A stretch of 64,000 nt of DNA from an uncultured Acidobacteriota bacterium (GCA_964642735.1 CAZXSV010000002.1:16354-80353); one strand, 5' to 3'; shown: positions 30,098-40,412, counted from the first letter of the stretch. A program made the numbers and translations. The notes: generated by a model from the letters alone, not told the origin.

Positions 30098-31996
30098 TTG
30101 CATTTCTGCCAACTGCAAAGGCAATATCAGGGAAAATATTCTTTGAGCCATCTCGACGCGAATTTGGACCTGCTCTCCTCCCGCCAACCGGGTTTGGCGG
30201 ACGCGTTGCGCTGCATCCAAACCAGCAACGTAGCGCTTTTCGAATCCGCCTCCGGAAATCCCACCGCGCGCTACGAGCGGAAAGGATCTTCATTCGCTCT
30301 GCACAGCCGCTATGACCCTGTTCGAGAAGCGCGGCAAATCGTCGCCAAGCAGGATGCCTCCGGCGCCGACTACCTGATACTTCTCGGGTTCGGCCTCGGC
30401 TATCTTTTGGATGCGCTCCTCGAAGGCGACAAAGCAAGATCGAATCGCTATTTCATCGTGGAATCGGACCTTGAAATTCTGAGGGCCGCCTTTGAAGCGC
30501 GCGACCTCTCGAGCCTGATTTCACTGCCTCATGTTCACTTCGCCTGGCCTGCTTGCGGACCGGATCTCGCCGAACAGTGGCGGCATTTCTTCGATCCGGT
30601 TGCAGCGCAGAAGAGCGCGTTCATCGCACATTTTCCCTGTTTCACGATAAATCCTTCATTCTTTAAAGCTGCAGCCGAAACCATCCAGAGTCAAACCTTC
30701 CAGATTTTCACCGATATCAATACGCTGGTCGCAAATTCGGAGATGTTTCTTGATAATTTTGTGAAGAATGTGCGCAAAGCAGCGCTCTCTCCCGGGATCG
30801 CCGGCTTCGCAGGCCACTTCGCCAAAGTCCCGGCAATTATCGTTTCCGCAGGGCCGTCTCTGGATAAAAACATTCACGAACTGCGGGGTTTTGAAGAAAA
30901 CGCTCTCATTCTTTCCACCGACACAGCCCTGAAACCGCTGCTGGCTGCCGGGATTGATCCGCATTTCATATTGACCGGCGATCCATCCCACGACAACTAT
31001 CTTCACCTTCAATCGGCGCCCACAAGGGATGCATATATTGTTGCAGAAGCTTCATCCTTTCCAGATGTTTTTGACGAATTTTCCGGCAAGATTTTAACAT
31101 GCACCTTTGAAAATTCGTCTTTGCGCTCCTTATCCGACCTTTTGGGCAACAAAGGCTCGCTTCGGGCATGGGGATCCGTAGCCACCGTAGCCTTGGATTT
31201 TGCCCTGCTTCTTCAGTGCGACCCAATCGTATTTGTCGGCCAGGATCTTGCTCATACCGATGGCAGAATATATTGCACAGGAATTATATTTGATGATGAA
31301 TGGTTCAATGATATATTTAATCCTTTAGATTGGCATTTGAAGCTGGAACAGCTGCGTTGTCGCCGGCGCTCCGTATCGGTCGAAGATGTATTCGGCCGCC
31401 CCGTGGAATCCACAGACAAGCTTACAGCTTATTGGAATTGGATCCAGAGGGTTATCCGGGACAATCCGAAAACCCGATATATCAACGCAACCGAAGGAGG
31501 GATTTTGAAAGATCATGTCGAAATCCTAAGCCTCCGCGATGCGCTCCATCGGGAGTGCGGGACAAACAGGCGTCTGCGCAAGCGCGTCGCCGAAATTTAT
31601 GCAGACGCTCAGAATAAAAACCTTGTCTATTCAGGCATTGACTTGTCTTTGCTGCTTCAAGAGTCCGTGGCCATCCGGGAAGCATTAAAGAAAGGCCAGC
31701 GGCTTTGTGAAACCGACAATTCATGCCCGATCCCGGAACGGATAAGCCGGCTGGAAGCTGCCAAGGAATCCATCTATCTTGCGCCTCACCTGGCCCCCCT
31801 GTTGGATTGTTTCAACCAGATGGGCAACGTCGCCTTTTTGCGCAAACGCAACACGGCCATGCAGCGCGCCGCAGATTCGAAATATTTCCCCGATCTTCTC
31901 GCAGTCTATTCGGAATATTTCGCCACCGTTAACGACGCGTTATGTAAAATCGACAAGGCTCTCGGCCGAATTGCTGCAAACCTCAACAATTGCTAG
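30098..31996 (+). CDS. maf: Motility-associated factor (Maf, DUF115/MptE-like) putative flagellin nonulosonic-acid glycosyltransferase
   Basis: PAIIVSAGPSLDKNIHELR...ILSTDTALKPLLAAGIDPHFILTGDPS is the Maf/DUF115 core. The TTG at 30098 lies only ~10 nt from the predicted TSS. The in-frame TTG at 30143 (AGGGA upstream) is an alternative start. Confidence 0.8.
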   Translation: MHFCQLQRQYQGKYSLSHLDANLDLLSSRQPGLADALRCIQTSNVALFESASGNPTARYERKGSSFALHSRYDPVREARQIVAKQDASGADYLILLGFGLGYLLDALLEGDKARSNRYFIVESDLEILRAAFEARDLSSLISLPHVHFAWPACGPDLAEQWRHFFDPVAAQKSAFIAHFPCFTINPSFFKAAAETIQSQTFQIFTDINTLVANSEMFLDNFVKNVRKAALSPGIAGFAGHFAKVPAIIVSAGPSLDKNIHELRGFEENALILSTDTALKPLLAAGIDPHFILTGDPSHDNYLHLQSAPTRDAYIVAEASSFPDVFDEFSGKILTCTFENSSLRSLSDLLGNKGSLRAWGSVATVALDFALLLQCDPIVFVGQDLAHTDGRIYCTGIIFDDEWFNDIFNPLDWHLKLEQLRCRRRSVSVEDVFGRPVESTDKLTAYWNWIQRVIRDNPKTRYINATEGGILKDHVEILSLRDALHRECGTNRRLRKRVAEIYADAQNKNLVYSGIDLSLLLQESVAIREALKKGQRLCETDNSCPIPERISRLEAAKESIYLAPHLAPLLDCFNQMGNVAFLRKRNTAMQRAADSKYFPDLLAVYSEYFATVNDALCKIDKALGRIAANLNNC

Positions 31997-32188
31997 CAAA
32001 TACACCGTAGATTCTTCCCTCTCCACAGGCGCAGAAACCTCTATTCCGTTGACTTTCCGGTGTCGATAAGTTTTATGTTCCGGCCCTCCGAATGGAGGGA
32101 AGAACCCGGCTAAGCGGAAAAGCGGTTTTATTTCACTCGCTGCGATCATTTCCTCGAAGCCTTAATTGTCGAGAAAGGCGCGCAAATA

Positions 32189-34174
32189 ATGGCAGGCACA
32201 TCGATAGATCTCATCAACAGCCAGATAGACGTGGGCAGCATTGTCGAAAACCTGATTTACGTCAGCGCCGCTCCTGTGCGAAGGATGCAAAGCCAGGTGT
32301 CGACGCTTCAGAGCAAGATCGGCGCTTTTCAGACCATAAACACCAAGCTCTCGACGCTGTCGGAAAAAGTTAACACGATTTTATTCGGTTCGAGCGTCGA
32401 GCCGCTGGTCAATCCCTACACCTATACGGATCGGCTGTCCCAAAGCGTCTTTTCCAAATGCACGGTCGCTTCATCCGACAGCAACGCCCTATCGGCCTCC
32501 GCCGACAATGTGAATGCGGCGGGAAGCTATGCGATCACAGTCAACAGTCTTGCACAGGCGAAATCGATGGCGTCCTCCAACTTCGCCGATTCCAATGTTA
32601 CAAAGGTCGGCGTCGGGTCGATTACGATTGCGACCGGAAGCAACGATCCCGTTGTCGTGACCATTGCCGACTCCAACAACACTCTGACAGGAGTCGCCAA
32701 CGCCATCAATGCATCCGGCGCCGGCGTCGTCGCCACTATCATCAATGACGGAAGCTCCAATCCCTATAAATTGCTGCTCACTGCGAACAATGTCGGAACG
32801 GCGAACGCTTTCACGGTGGAAACCGACCTTGCCGGCGGCGAGACTTTGAGCTTTGCACAGACGCAAGCGGCCGCCGACGCACAGTTCGTGATCAACGGCG
32901 TCGGCATTACAAAAAGCTCCAATACCATTTCAGACGTCATCGAGGGAGTGACGTTCACCTTGAAAGAGACGACAGCCGGGCCGGTCACGCTCACAGTGGA
33001 CAAAGACATCGACGGCATCGTCTCGACTCTTGAAGAGTTTGTATCCGCTTATAACACGGTGAACGAATTCATCAATTCGCAATTCACATACAACGCCGCC
33101 AATGCATCCGCAGGAATTCTTGCGGGGGATTCGACTCTTCGCAATATTCAGTCGAAACTGCAAAACAAGATGATCCAGTCGGTCGCGAACCGCTACTCAT
33201 CGTTTAATGTCGCCGGACAGGTTGGCCTTGAATTCGAACGGAACGGGAACCTGGCCCTCGACGAGTCCAAGCTCAGGGACGCTCTTTCCAGCAATTTTAC
33301 AAGCGTCGCAGCCTTCTTCCTCGGCAACGGAACGCCCCTGGACGGCGCGACAGCCTCCGACAGCAGAGTCACGTTTAATTCGAAAACAGCGGCGACTCAG
33401 GCCGGAACCTATTCCATTCAAGTCGCTGCCCTTGCCGAACAAGCCGCCTTGACCGGAAACCGGGTGTTTTCGGAATCGGATGTATTGTCGGCAGACGAAA
33501 CCCTCGTCATATCCTCCGGCGGGAAAACGGCGACCGTGTCGCTGAGAACGGATTACAGCCTCGCCCAAATTCTGTCCAGCATAAACGAAGAGCTTTCCGC
33601 TCAAGGGATGGCGGTCACGGCGGCCGACGACGGAACCGGAAGAGTCAAAATCTTCACCAGCGATTATGGCAGCAATCAAAGCGTCGCCGTGGAATCGAGC
33701 AGAAGCGGCGACAATTCCGCAGGGTTTGGAGAATTGACCTCCGCATTCGGAACCGACATCGCCGGGACAATCAACGGGCATGAAGCCTCCGGAACCGGCC
33801 GCGCTCTTGCCGGAGCGACCGGTCAGCCTGAAGAAGGTTTGACGGTGAACATAGCGCAAACGGCCGTCGGCGGCTACGGATCGATAACGGTGGCGGCTGA
33901 GAATGCGGGAGTGGAAGGCGACAGCATCTTCATGAACCTGCACAGCATTCTCGACGGCATCACCGATCCCTTGTCCGGCCCCATCCATAATTCCCAGGAT
34001 GCCCTGAATCTCAGCATCAAATACTTGAATGAGGAAATCCTTGCGTATCAAGCCCGCCTCGAAGTGGAAGAAGAAATGCTGACCAGGCAATTCAATGAAG
34101 CCGACGAGGCTCTCAGACTTTTGCAGGTGACGCAATCGAACCTCAGCAGCCAGCTGGCGAAATTAAGCCAATAG
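32189..34174 (+). CDS. fliD: Flagellar filament cap protein FliD
   Basis: 661 aa. N-terminal IDVGSIVENLIYVSAAPVRRMQSQ...LQSKIGAFQ, and C-terminal coiled coil ...YQARLEVEEEMLTRQFNEADEALRLLQ. Confidence 0.9.
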   Translation: MAGTSIDLINSQIDVGSIVENLIYVSAAPVRRMQSQVSTLQSKIGAFQTINTKLSTLSEKVNTILFGSSVEPLVNPYTYTDRLSQSVFSKCTVASSDSNALSASADNVNAAGSYAITVNSLAQAKSMASSNFADSNVTKVGVGSITIATGSNDPVVVTIADSNNTLTGVANAINASGAGVVATIINDGSSNPYKLLLTANNVGTANAFTVETDLAGGETLSFAQTQAAADAQFVINGVGITKSSNTISDVIEGVTFTLKETTAGPVTLTVDKDIDGIVSTLEEFVSAYNTVNEFINSQFTYNAANASAGILAGDSTLRNIQSKLQNKMIQSVANRYSSFNVAGQVGLEFERNGNLALDESKLRDALSSNFTSVAAFFLGNGTPLDGATASDSRVTFNSKTAATQAGTYSIQVAALAEQAALTGNRVFSESDVLSADETLVISSGGKTATVSLRTDYSLAQILSSINEELSAQGMAVTAADDGTGRVKIFTSDYGSNQSVAVESSRSGDNSAGFGELTSAFGTDIAGTINGHEASGTGRALAGATGQPEEGLTVNIAQTAVGGYGSITVAAENAGVEGDSIFMNLHSILDGITDPLSGPIHNSQDALNLSIKYLNEEILAYQARLEVEEEMLTRQFNEADEALRLLQVTQSNLSSQLAKLSQ

Positions 34175-34193
34175 ACGTTTAAAGGAGCAGCGA

Positions 34194-34658
34194 ATGTCGA
34201 GCCATCAGTCCCTTGCGCACCGCTATAGAGAAGTGGCGGTCAAAACCGCGAATCCTCTTCAGCTCGTGGTGATGATGTATGACGCGGCCATTTGCTCTAT
34301 TCAGGAAGCGAAGGAGCAAGTGAGCCGTCGGGACATCGCGGGCAGGTCGCGATCCATCAACAAATGCATTTCCATTATTTCGGAGCTGCAATCCTGTTTG
34401 AATCTCAAGCTGGGCGGCGAGATTGCGGCTTCTCTGGATCGCCTGTACGACTACATGAAGCGGAGAATGTTCGCCGCCAACGTAGAACAAAGCGTCGAGC
34501 CGCTGGAGGAAACGGAATCGCTGCTTGAAAACCTACGTTCCGCCTGGAGCGAACTCGTGTCCCAAAGCCCGGCCGGCGACGCCTTGCCGCAGCCCAAAAT
34601 CCTGGAATCTGGGAATCCGGCCGCCCTGCAAATAAAATCGCTGAATATATCGATCTAG
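34194..34658 (+). CDS. fliS: Flagellin export chaperone FliS
   Basis: YREVAVKTANPLQLVVMMYDAAI...I.KCISIISEL...LDRLYDYM. Confidence 0.9.
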   Translation: MSSHQSLAHRYREVAVKTANPLQLVVMMYDAAICSIQEAKEQVSRRDIAGRSRSINKCISIISELQSCLNLKLGGEIAASLDRLYDYMKRRMFAANVEQSVEPLEETESLLENLRSAWSELVSQSPAGDALPQPKILESGNPAALQIKSLNISI

Positions 34659-34664
34659 CGCCCC

Positions 34665-35099
34665 ATGAACGACACCCTTGCCGAATTTCAAAAATTGATC
34701 CGCCAGTATCATGACGCGTCCGAAGCTCTCGCAAAAGCGTCGCTCGTCCACGATGTTTCGGATATCGGCGCTTTCGCAAAAGCCATTCTGCAGCAGCGCG
34801 ATCGTCTGGCCGGCATCGATCAATTGAGCGGGCGAATTATCCGCTTCTGCGATTCCATCAGGTCCAACGAAATCCAACTGGATTCGCAATCCCGAAAACA
34901 GGCGCTGGCGGCGATGGCGGCGGCGAAAGAGGAAGCGGCGAAACTGAACGAACTGTGCGAAAATTGCGCGAAAATGCTGGAAACGTCGAAAAACAAGCGG
35001 GGGAAGCAGTTGGGCGACATTGGCAAACGCAGGCAATATCTTAAAGCCATGAAGCCCGTAAAAGGCAATTATCCAAAATTCATCGATTCCCTCTGCTGA
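34665..35099 (+). CDS. Hypothetical helical protein in the FliT/chaperone position
   Basis: 144-aa ORF 6 nt after fliS, apparently helical. Assigned only by position (fliD-fliS-fliT order in other bacteria). Confidence 0.4.
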   Translation: MNDTLAEFQKLIRQYHDASEALAKASLVHDVSDIGAFAKAILQQRDRLAGIDQLSGRIIRFCDSIRSNEIQLDSQSRKQALAAMAAAKEEAAKLNELCENCAKMLETSKNKRGKQLGDIGKRRQYLKAMKPVKGNYPKFIDSLC

Positions 35100-35203
35100 A
35101 TTGTCCGGCTTCTTCCTATTCCGTCCTTGCGCCGCACCGGGAAATTTCTTCAGGCGCAAAGCCTGCCGAAGCTCTCGGCTCCGAGGGCGGCGGCAAAATG
35201 GAA

Positions 35204-36166
35204 TTATTTGCGGAGCAGATTGTCCCCCATAGACTCCCAAGCGCGCCGGAAATCCGCTACTGCAAATTCCTTTTCCACCCTGAGACGGGCGCCTTCGCCC
35301 AGCCGCCTGGCCCTTTCGGGATCGTCGAGCAGTTCAAGGACTCTCTCCCGCAGCTCGTCGCAAGCGGCGGCGACGACTCCTTCCAATCCGTCCCGCACCG
35401 GAGACGTCTCGTGCTTCAGCGTTGCGACAGGCATTCCGGTCGCCATAGCCTCCAAAAGCGAAAGATTGTATCCGTCTTCATAGGGGTGCGCCGGCGTATA
35501 CAGGTAAACGCGATAGGATCGAAGCTGTTCTTTAAGATCCTCCCAGTCCCTGGACATGCGGCTGCATGGGATGCCGGGATTGTCGCCAATCACAAGGCTT
35601 GGCATATTCCGACAAACAGATTCAAATACGTCCCATCCCGTCATCGCGCCCCGTTCCCGCAGACGGTTGCAGACCTCGAGCACTCCGCGAACGTCGCCGC
35701 GATATCCTCCATAGTGGCGGACGTCCACAGCAGGCCGGATGACTTCTCCCGGGATCCCCCAATCCTGTCGTTTCAGTTCCGATATGTAGATCACGCGGGC
35801 GCCGCAGTTCTCCAGAAGAGTCTTCAGGCTTCGGATGTAAAGAGCCCGGTCGATAGAGACGCCGTCCTGCAGGATCCGGCCGGACAGAGTCCCGTGTATA
35901 AGAAATGCCTTGGGGATGGGAAGCGCCCGGGAATCGAGCAAGTCGTGGACGTTATGAGCGAGAATCCAGTCCCAGGAACCTGCTTGAGAAGCTTCCTGCA
36001 CCGAAGAAAAAACAACGATGTTGCCGGGAAGAGGACGAATAGAAGGATTCCACCGTTTGAGCCGCCCGGACGCCAGCCTTGGAGCGACGACGCCGAAATC
36101 CCAGGGCAGACAGCCGGCCAACATGTGAAGATATGGCTGATGGGAATTGAAAGTAAGAACTCGCAA
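35204..36166 (-). CDS. GT4-type (Glycos_transf_1) glycosyltransferase
   Basis: C-terminal YEDGYNLSLLEAMATGMPVATL (EX7E region). Starts 9 nt after the csrA stop. Confidence 0.75.
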   Translation of the reverse strand: MRVLTFNSHQPYLHMLAGCLPWDFGVVAPRLASGRLKRWNPSIRPLPGNIVVFSSVQEASQAGSWDWILAHNVHDLLDSRALPIPKAFLIHGTLSGRILQDGVSIDRALYIRSLKTLLENCGARVIYISELKRQDWGIPGEVIRPAVDVRHYGGYRGDVRGVLEVCNRLRERGAMTGWDVFESVCRNMPSLVIGDNPGIPCSRMSRDWEDLKEQLRSYRVYLYTPAHPYEDGYNLSLLEAMATGMPVATLKHETSPVRDGLEGVVAAACDELRERVLELLDDPERARRLGEGARLRVEKEFAVADFRRAWESMGDNLLRK

Positions 36167-36175
36167 GTTGTCGGG

Positions 36176-36400
36176 CTATCTCAAAAGCTTTTTCAGAATG
36201 TCTATCTGGGGCATCTGCGATTTGGACGCCGCAAGATTTTCACGCTTGATGGCCTCATACACCTCATGCCGGTGGACGGAAATTTGGCGCGGGGCCGTAA
36301 TGCCGACTTTGACGCTGCCGGTTCCAATGTTCAGGATCGTCACTTCTATTTCGTTCCCTATGACAAGGCTTTCATCTTTTTTTCTTGTAAAAACTAGCAT
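36176..36400 (-). CDS. csrA: Carbon storage regulator CsrA
   Basis: MLVFTRKKDESLVIGNEIEVTILNIGTGSVKVGITAPRQISVHRHEVY. Confidence 0.9.
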   Translation of the reverse strand: MLVFTRKKDESLVIGNEIEVTILNIGTGSVKVGITAPRQISVHRHEVYEAIKRENLAASKSQMPQIDILKKLLR

Positions 36401-36452
36401 CCGTGTAATTACCTGCAGGGCTGTCCTGCCCTGCGCAAAAGGAAGCTTGATG

Positions 36453-36911
36453 TCAGGCTTCCAACTTCTCCGCCTCGTTTGGACCGGCGCCGCCTAACAA
36501 CGGATGTCGGACCGAATATTTGCTTTCATGCAATATGACCTGCTTCCCGCGCCGATCCCGGTCGTTGATGACAATGGGGGCCATGAGATTGATCGTAGCC
36601 TGGGACGGGTCTTCCGGAATCGTGGCCACGGCGTACACGGCCAATTCCGAAGAATTGTTGCTGTTGACTTCATCCATATCCGATTCGGTCAGCCGGAATT
36701 CATACGTCTGATCAATAATGAATGGATTGATCACATAGAGAGCTATCGGAGGATCATCGAGGGCCTGGAGATACTGGAAGGGTTTGAGTTCGTCCAGCTC
36801 CAAAACTGCAAACCTATGAATCTGAGGGAAGCCCGGCAATCCCTCCTTGAAAGTGATGATTTTGTCTTCCGGTACTTCCAATTCTCCGAAATTGACGGTG
36901 TGGATTAACAT
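36453..36911 (-). CDS. fliW: Flagellar assembly factor FliW
   Basis: ITFKEGLPGFPQIHRFAVLE...PFQYLQALDDP.IALYVINPF. Confidence 0.9.
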   Translation of the reverse strand: MLIHTVNFGELEVPEDKIITFKEGLPGFPQIHRFAVLELDELKPFQYLQALDDPPIALYVINPFIIDQTYEFRLTESDMDEVNSNNSSELAVYAVATIPEDPSQATINLMAPIVINDRDRRGKQVILHESKYSVRHPLLGGAGPNEAEKLEA

Positions 36912-37043
36912 GTCGCCTCGATCTGGAAATGCTGCGCCACCGCCGGCTATCGAGATCCGCTCGCGCGGATCCCTGACGGCAGTGGGCGATTAACCTTTCA
37001 ATTTGCCGAAACAAGCGTTCAAACAGGCGGTATTCTATCTTGT

Positions 37044-37928
37044 CTAGCCCAGAATGTCGAATAAGTTGCGCTGCTGCAGAATGGAGCCTCCGGCGGATAC
37101 GGCTACTTCCAGAGCTGCCTGGGCCTGGTTCATTTTGACTACGGACTCCGCCATGTCCGCATCCTCCACCTGACTCCGCTGTTTGATCAGTTGGGCATCC
37201 CGCGCGTCAAGCGTTGTTTTAACATTGTTCAACATGCCGAGGCTGGCGCCGATTTCTCCACGGGCCAAGCTGAGTCCCGACAATGCGGAAGCGAACTGGC
37301 CCAATGCCGTTTGCATTCCTGCCATGTCGTTTCCCTCGATAGCCGACAGCAAGGAGTCCACAACGGAAAAAACCGCGCCGAACGCATCCGGCCCGGAGAC
37401 GCCCGTCTGAACTTCCAATCCGTCGTCGATGCGGATTTCGTTCACATTTTCATCGCCCTGCCATCGGACTTCGTTTCCTTCGACGACGAACGGCGCGGAG
37501 GAGTCGCGTGCGCCCGAAAACAGATAACGGCCGTTCGCCTGTGTGTTGGCAAGCGACACGAGTTGGTCGCGAAGCGAGCTTACTTCCACGCCGAGCGCCG
37601 AGCGCGCGTCGGCGGAAACGGATTCGGAGGCGCCCTGGCTTCCCTTGGCGTAGAGGGTCGTGACAAGATTGTTCATTTCGTTGAGGACCGAATCCGCCAT
37701 TCCGAGAAAATAGGAAGCGGCGTCAACATTGAACTGGTATTGATCGATCTCGGAGGATTGCTCGCTCAAATGGATCAATTGAGCGCTTCCCGAAGGGGAA
37801 TCTTTGAGCTGCGTCACCTTCCGGCCGCTCGATACCTGCTCGTTGAATTTGCTCAAACGCTCGTTGAGCGTCTCAATATTGAATAAAAAATTCCGGTAAA
37901 TCTCAGTTTGAGGGACGCGCATTTTCAA
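37044..37928 (-). CDS. flgL: Hook-filament junction protein FlgL
   Basis: 294 aa, flagellin-like N- and C-terminal helices (...MAESVVKMNQAQAALEVAVSAGGSILQQ.NLFDIL). Overlaps the flgK stop by 4 nt. Confidence 0.85.
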   Translation of the reverse strand: MKMRVPQTEIYRNFLFNIETLNERLSKFNEQVSSGRKVTQLKDSPSGSAQLIHLSEQSSEIDQYQFNVDAASYFLGMADSVLNEMNNLVTTLYAKGSQGASESVSADARSALGVEVSSLRDQLVSLANTQANGRYLFSGARDSSAPFVVEGNEVRWQGDENVNEIRIDDGLEVQTGVSGPDAFGAVFSVVDSLLSAIEGNDMAGMQTALGQFASALSGLSLARGEIGASLGMLNNVKTTLDARDAQLIKQRSQVEDADMAESVVKMNQAQAALEVAVSAGGSILQQRNLFDILG

Positions 37929-39289
37929 ACACCCAGAATATTAAGGACTTCATCGCTCAAGGACTCCAACACTGTCGCGAATCTGGCGCTGGCCTGGTAC
38001 GCCTTCTGATACTTGATCAGATTGACCGCCTCTTCGTCCAGGTTGACTCCCGACAATGCGCCCCGGTTGTTTTTCAATTGCTCCAGAACAGCGGTCTGAA
38101 CTGCCGCTTCATCCGCAGCAGCCTGTTCGTCCGCCCCGATCCGATAAACGAGGCCGGCGTAGAACTGGCTGAGAGTTTCAGCCGAAGAGGAAAATAATAT
38201 TTCATCGCGAATGTCGAACAGCAGCATTGCGTTTTCATTGCTGCCCATCCCGCCTTCGGAAGCGGCCGCCGCCACTTTTCTCGGGTCGGACAGGGCCGCT
38301 TCAATCAGCCGCGCGGCGCCGGCGGCCGGAATGGAGGCGTCGGGCCCGAAAGAGAAAAAGTTTTCGCCGGGATTGCCGTCGAGATCCAGCCCTTCCGCGT
38401 GCTGTTCGTTGACGCGGGTTGCGATTGCGGCCGCGATTTCATCCAAAGCGCTCAGGTATCCCGCTATTTGATCTCGCATGCCGACAAGGCCGCTGAGTTT
38501 TCCCGACTGCAACGTTTCAGTGATGTCCTGCCCATTGCACCGCACTCCCTGAAATCCCGATCCGGGAATCAGGGCCGTTTCCAGATCAAAGCTTTCATTC
38601 CCGATGGCCAGGAGGCCTCCCTGCAGAGTCATGACCGCGATCGAACCGTTTTCAGCCTCGTAGCTGGATAAATCGATCAACCCGGAAAGATTTTCCAGAA
38701 TCCGCTGCCGCTCATCCCGCAAACCAAACGCCTCCTCCGATCCGGATGCGGAAGCGATTCTTTTATTCAATTCAGCTATTTCCGAGGTCAGCGAATTGAT
38801 CTCTTCGACTGCGCTCTTGACGGAATGATCGACAGAGGACTGCACTCGCTGCAATCCCCCGTACATCCGGTGGAATTCCGCTGTCAGTGCAGCGGCTTTG
38901 TACAAAACCTGCTGCCGCAGCGTCCAATCCTCCGGGTTTGTGGACAAAGAGCTGAAGCTGTTGAAAAATCCGGAAAGAGCCTGCTGCAGCCCCTGCCCGC
39001 TGTTTTCCTTGAACAGGGCGTCGATCTGCTGCAAAGCTTCATAAGCCGCTTGCTGCTTCCCATAGGATTGAAGCTCCTTGCAGATGCTTGCATCGATATA
39101 GCGATCCCGGGCGGCTGCAATGCTTACCGCAGCGCCTCCGACAGCAGTCACGTCGGCAAAGACGGCTTCCTGCCGCGTATAGGACTCCTGACTCGCATTG
39201 GCGACATTTCTCTGGGTTATCGATAAAGCGAACTGTTGGGCGTCCAACGCCTGCTTCACAGTTTCCAAACCGCTCAGAATTGATGTCAT
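37925..39289 (-). CDS. flgK: Hook-filament junction protein FlgK
   Basis: MTSILSGLETVKQALDAQQFALSITQRNVANA N-terminus (ATG 39289). C-terminus ...VNLDEEAVNLIKYQKAYQASARF. Confidence 0.9.
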   Translation of the reverse strand: MTSILSGLETVKQALDAQQFALSITQRNVANASQESYTRQEAVFADVTAVGGAAVSIAAARDRYIDASICKELQSYGKQQAAYEALQQIDALFKENSGQGLQQALSGFFNSFSSLSTNPEDWTLRQQVLYKAAALTAEFHRMYGGLQRVQSSVDHSVKSAVEEINSLTSEIAELNKRIASASGSEEAFGLRDERQRILENLSGLIDLSSYEAENGSIAVMTLQGGLLAIGNESFDLETALIPGSGFQGVRCNGQDITETLQSGKLSGLVGMRDQIAGYLSALDEIAAAIATRVNEQHAEGLDLDGNPGENFFSFGPDASIPAAGAARLIEAALSDPRKVAAAASEGGMGSNENAMLLFDIRDEILFSSSAETLSQFYAGLVYRIGADEQAAADEAAVQTAVLEQLKNNRGALSGVNLDEEAVNLIKYQKAYQASARFATVLESLSDEVLNILGV

Positions 39290-39375
39290 AAAGATGAAAT
39301 TCCAGCCGGAAAGCCGCCGGCCGCAAAGGATCAATCCACCGATCCGAATTATTCATCCAACCACGGCATTTCTCT

Positions 39376-39867
39376 TTACGCTCTTTGAGAAAAGGTCGGC
39401 GAAATGGATGGGACTTGCTTGAACAGACCCGACTTCTGATAAGAGCTCGTGGCATTGGAAAAAAGATCCAGCAGGCCTTGGGAATAGTGAACGGATTTTT
39501 CAATCAGTCTCATATTTCGCGCAGAAACCGATTTCAGCTGCTTCACGATATTCCTGAAGAGGGTGGCCTGTCGCCGGATTTCCAGAGCTAACGATTGTTC
39601 GAGCCTGTCGGCGAGTTTCGTCAGAGTAAACTCCTCCCGCGGCATCCCGAAGTTCAGACACAGATCGCGGCAGTGACGCGACATTCTGCACTCCAGATCG
39701 CGCAGCCTGGCGTTGTAGGATTCTTCCGCTTTATTGCTTTCCAGGATGGCGTCCACGCGGCCTTGAGCGAGCAGCGCCGTCTTGCGCCGCGCATGCTCTG
39801 TGAGATCGCGATAAGTGTCGATTTCTTCGCGAATGATTTCCAGGAGCTCCGAAATCATGAGATCCAT
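39376..39867 (-). CDS. flgN: FlgN-family export chaperone (putative)
   Basis: 163-aa helical protein between flgM and flgK. FlgN-like N-terminal heptads (ELLEIIREEIDTYRDLTEHARRKTALL). Confidence 0.65.
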   Translation of the reverse strand: MDLMISELLEIIREEIDTYRDLTEHARRKTALLAQGRVDAILESNKAEESYNARLRDLECRMSRHCRDLCLNFGMPREEFTLTKLADRLEQSLALEIRRQATLFRNIVKQLKSVSARNMRLIEKSVHYSQGLLDLFSNATSSYQKSGLFKQVPSISPTFSQRA

Positions 39868-39873
39868 GATTCA

Positions 39874-40089
39874 TCATATCCTGAGATCAATGTGGTTTGA
39901 GGACGCGGGGTCATCTTCTTTCGGATCTCCCTCGGACGGATCGGCGGCCTGGCTTTTTTTGTCCGGCTTCGGCTTCAGATTCTTGGGTTTTCGCGGCTGA
40001 TCCCCCAGCCGTTCTTCCCTGCCAATCCGTTCAAAATACGGTGAAACTGCAAGATTCAAAAGACCAAAGTCGTCTGACATGGCCGTCAC
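39874..40089 (-). CDS. Small hypothetical protein (71 aa), basic/Pro-Lys-rich centre
   Basis: ORF fits exactly between flgM (14-nt gap) and flgN (6-nt gap). No family recognised. Confidence 0.35.
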   Translation of the reverse strand: MTAMSDDFGLLNLAVSPYFERIGREERLGDQPRKPKNLKPKPDKKSQAADPSEGDPKEDDPASSNHIDLRI

Positions 40090-40103
40090 CGCCTAGTCGG
40101 GCC

Positions 40104-40412
40104 CTAAAAAACCTCGTCCAGCAGATTGCCTCCGATTATCTTGTCGGCGATCTTCTCCGCTTTCACATTGTAAGTGCCGGCTTCGATATCCCGTCGAACC
40201 TGATCTATTCTCATTTCCCGGGTATCGGGAGTCGAACGAACCAGTTCATCGAGATGCGATATTTCCCGGCTTCGAACCGACAATTCGAGCCTGTCCGTGT
40301 CGGGATTCCGACCGCCGCCGCTTTTTTGAGTCCGCTCCGCCTGCTGCGGACTCTCAAGCCTCTGAACGTTGTTTTTCGAGCCAATCAAGGGATTTGAACC
40401 ATTAATCTCCAT
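40104..40412 (-). CDS. flgM: Anti-sigma-28 factor FlgM
   Basis: 102 aa. C-terminal RIDQVRRDIEAGTYNVKAEKIADKII is the FlgM sigma28-binding region. Confidence 0.8.
   Translation of the reverse strand: MEINGSNPLIGSKNNVQRLESPQQAERTQKSGGGRNPDTDRLELSVRSREISHLDELVRSTPDTREMRIDQVRRDIEAGTYNVKAEKIADKIIGGNLLDEVF

Noticed and set aside
29892-30437. 181-aa minus-strand Arg-rich ORF.
   Set aside because: It overlaps the flagellin 2 terminator, the maf promoter and the maf coding region. Its composition is non-protein-like.
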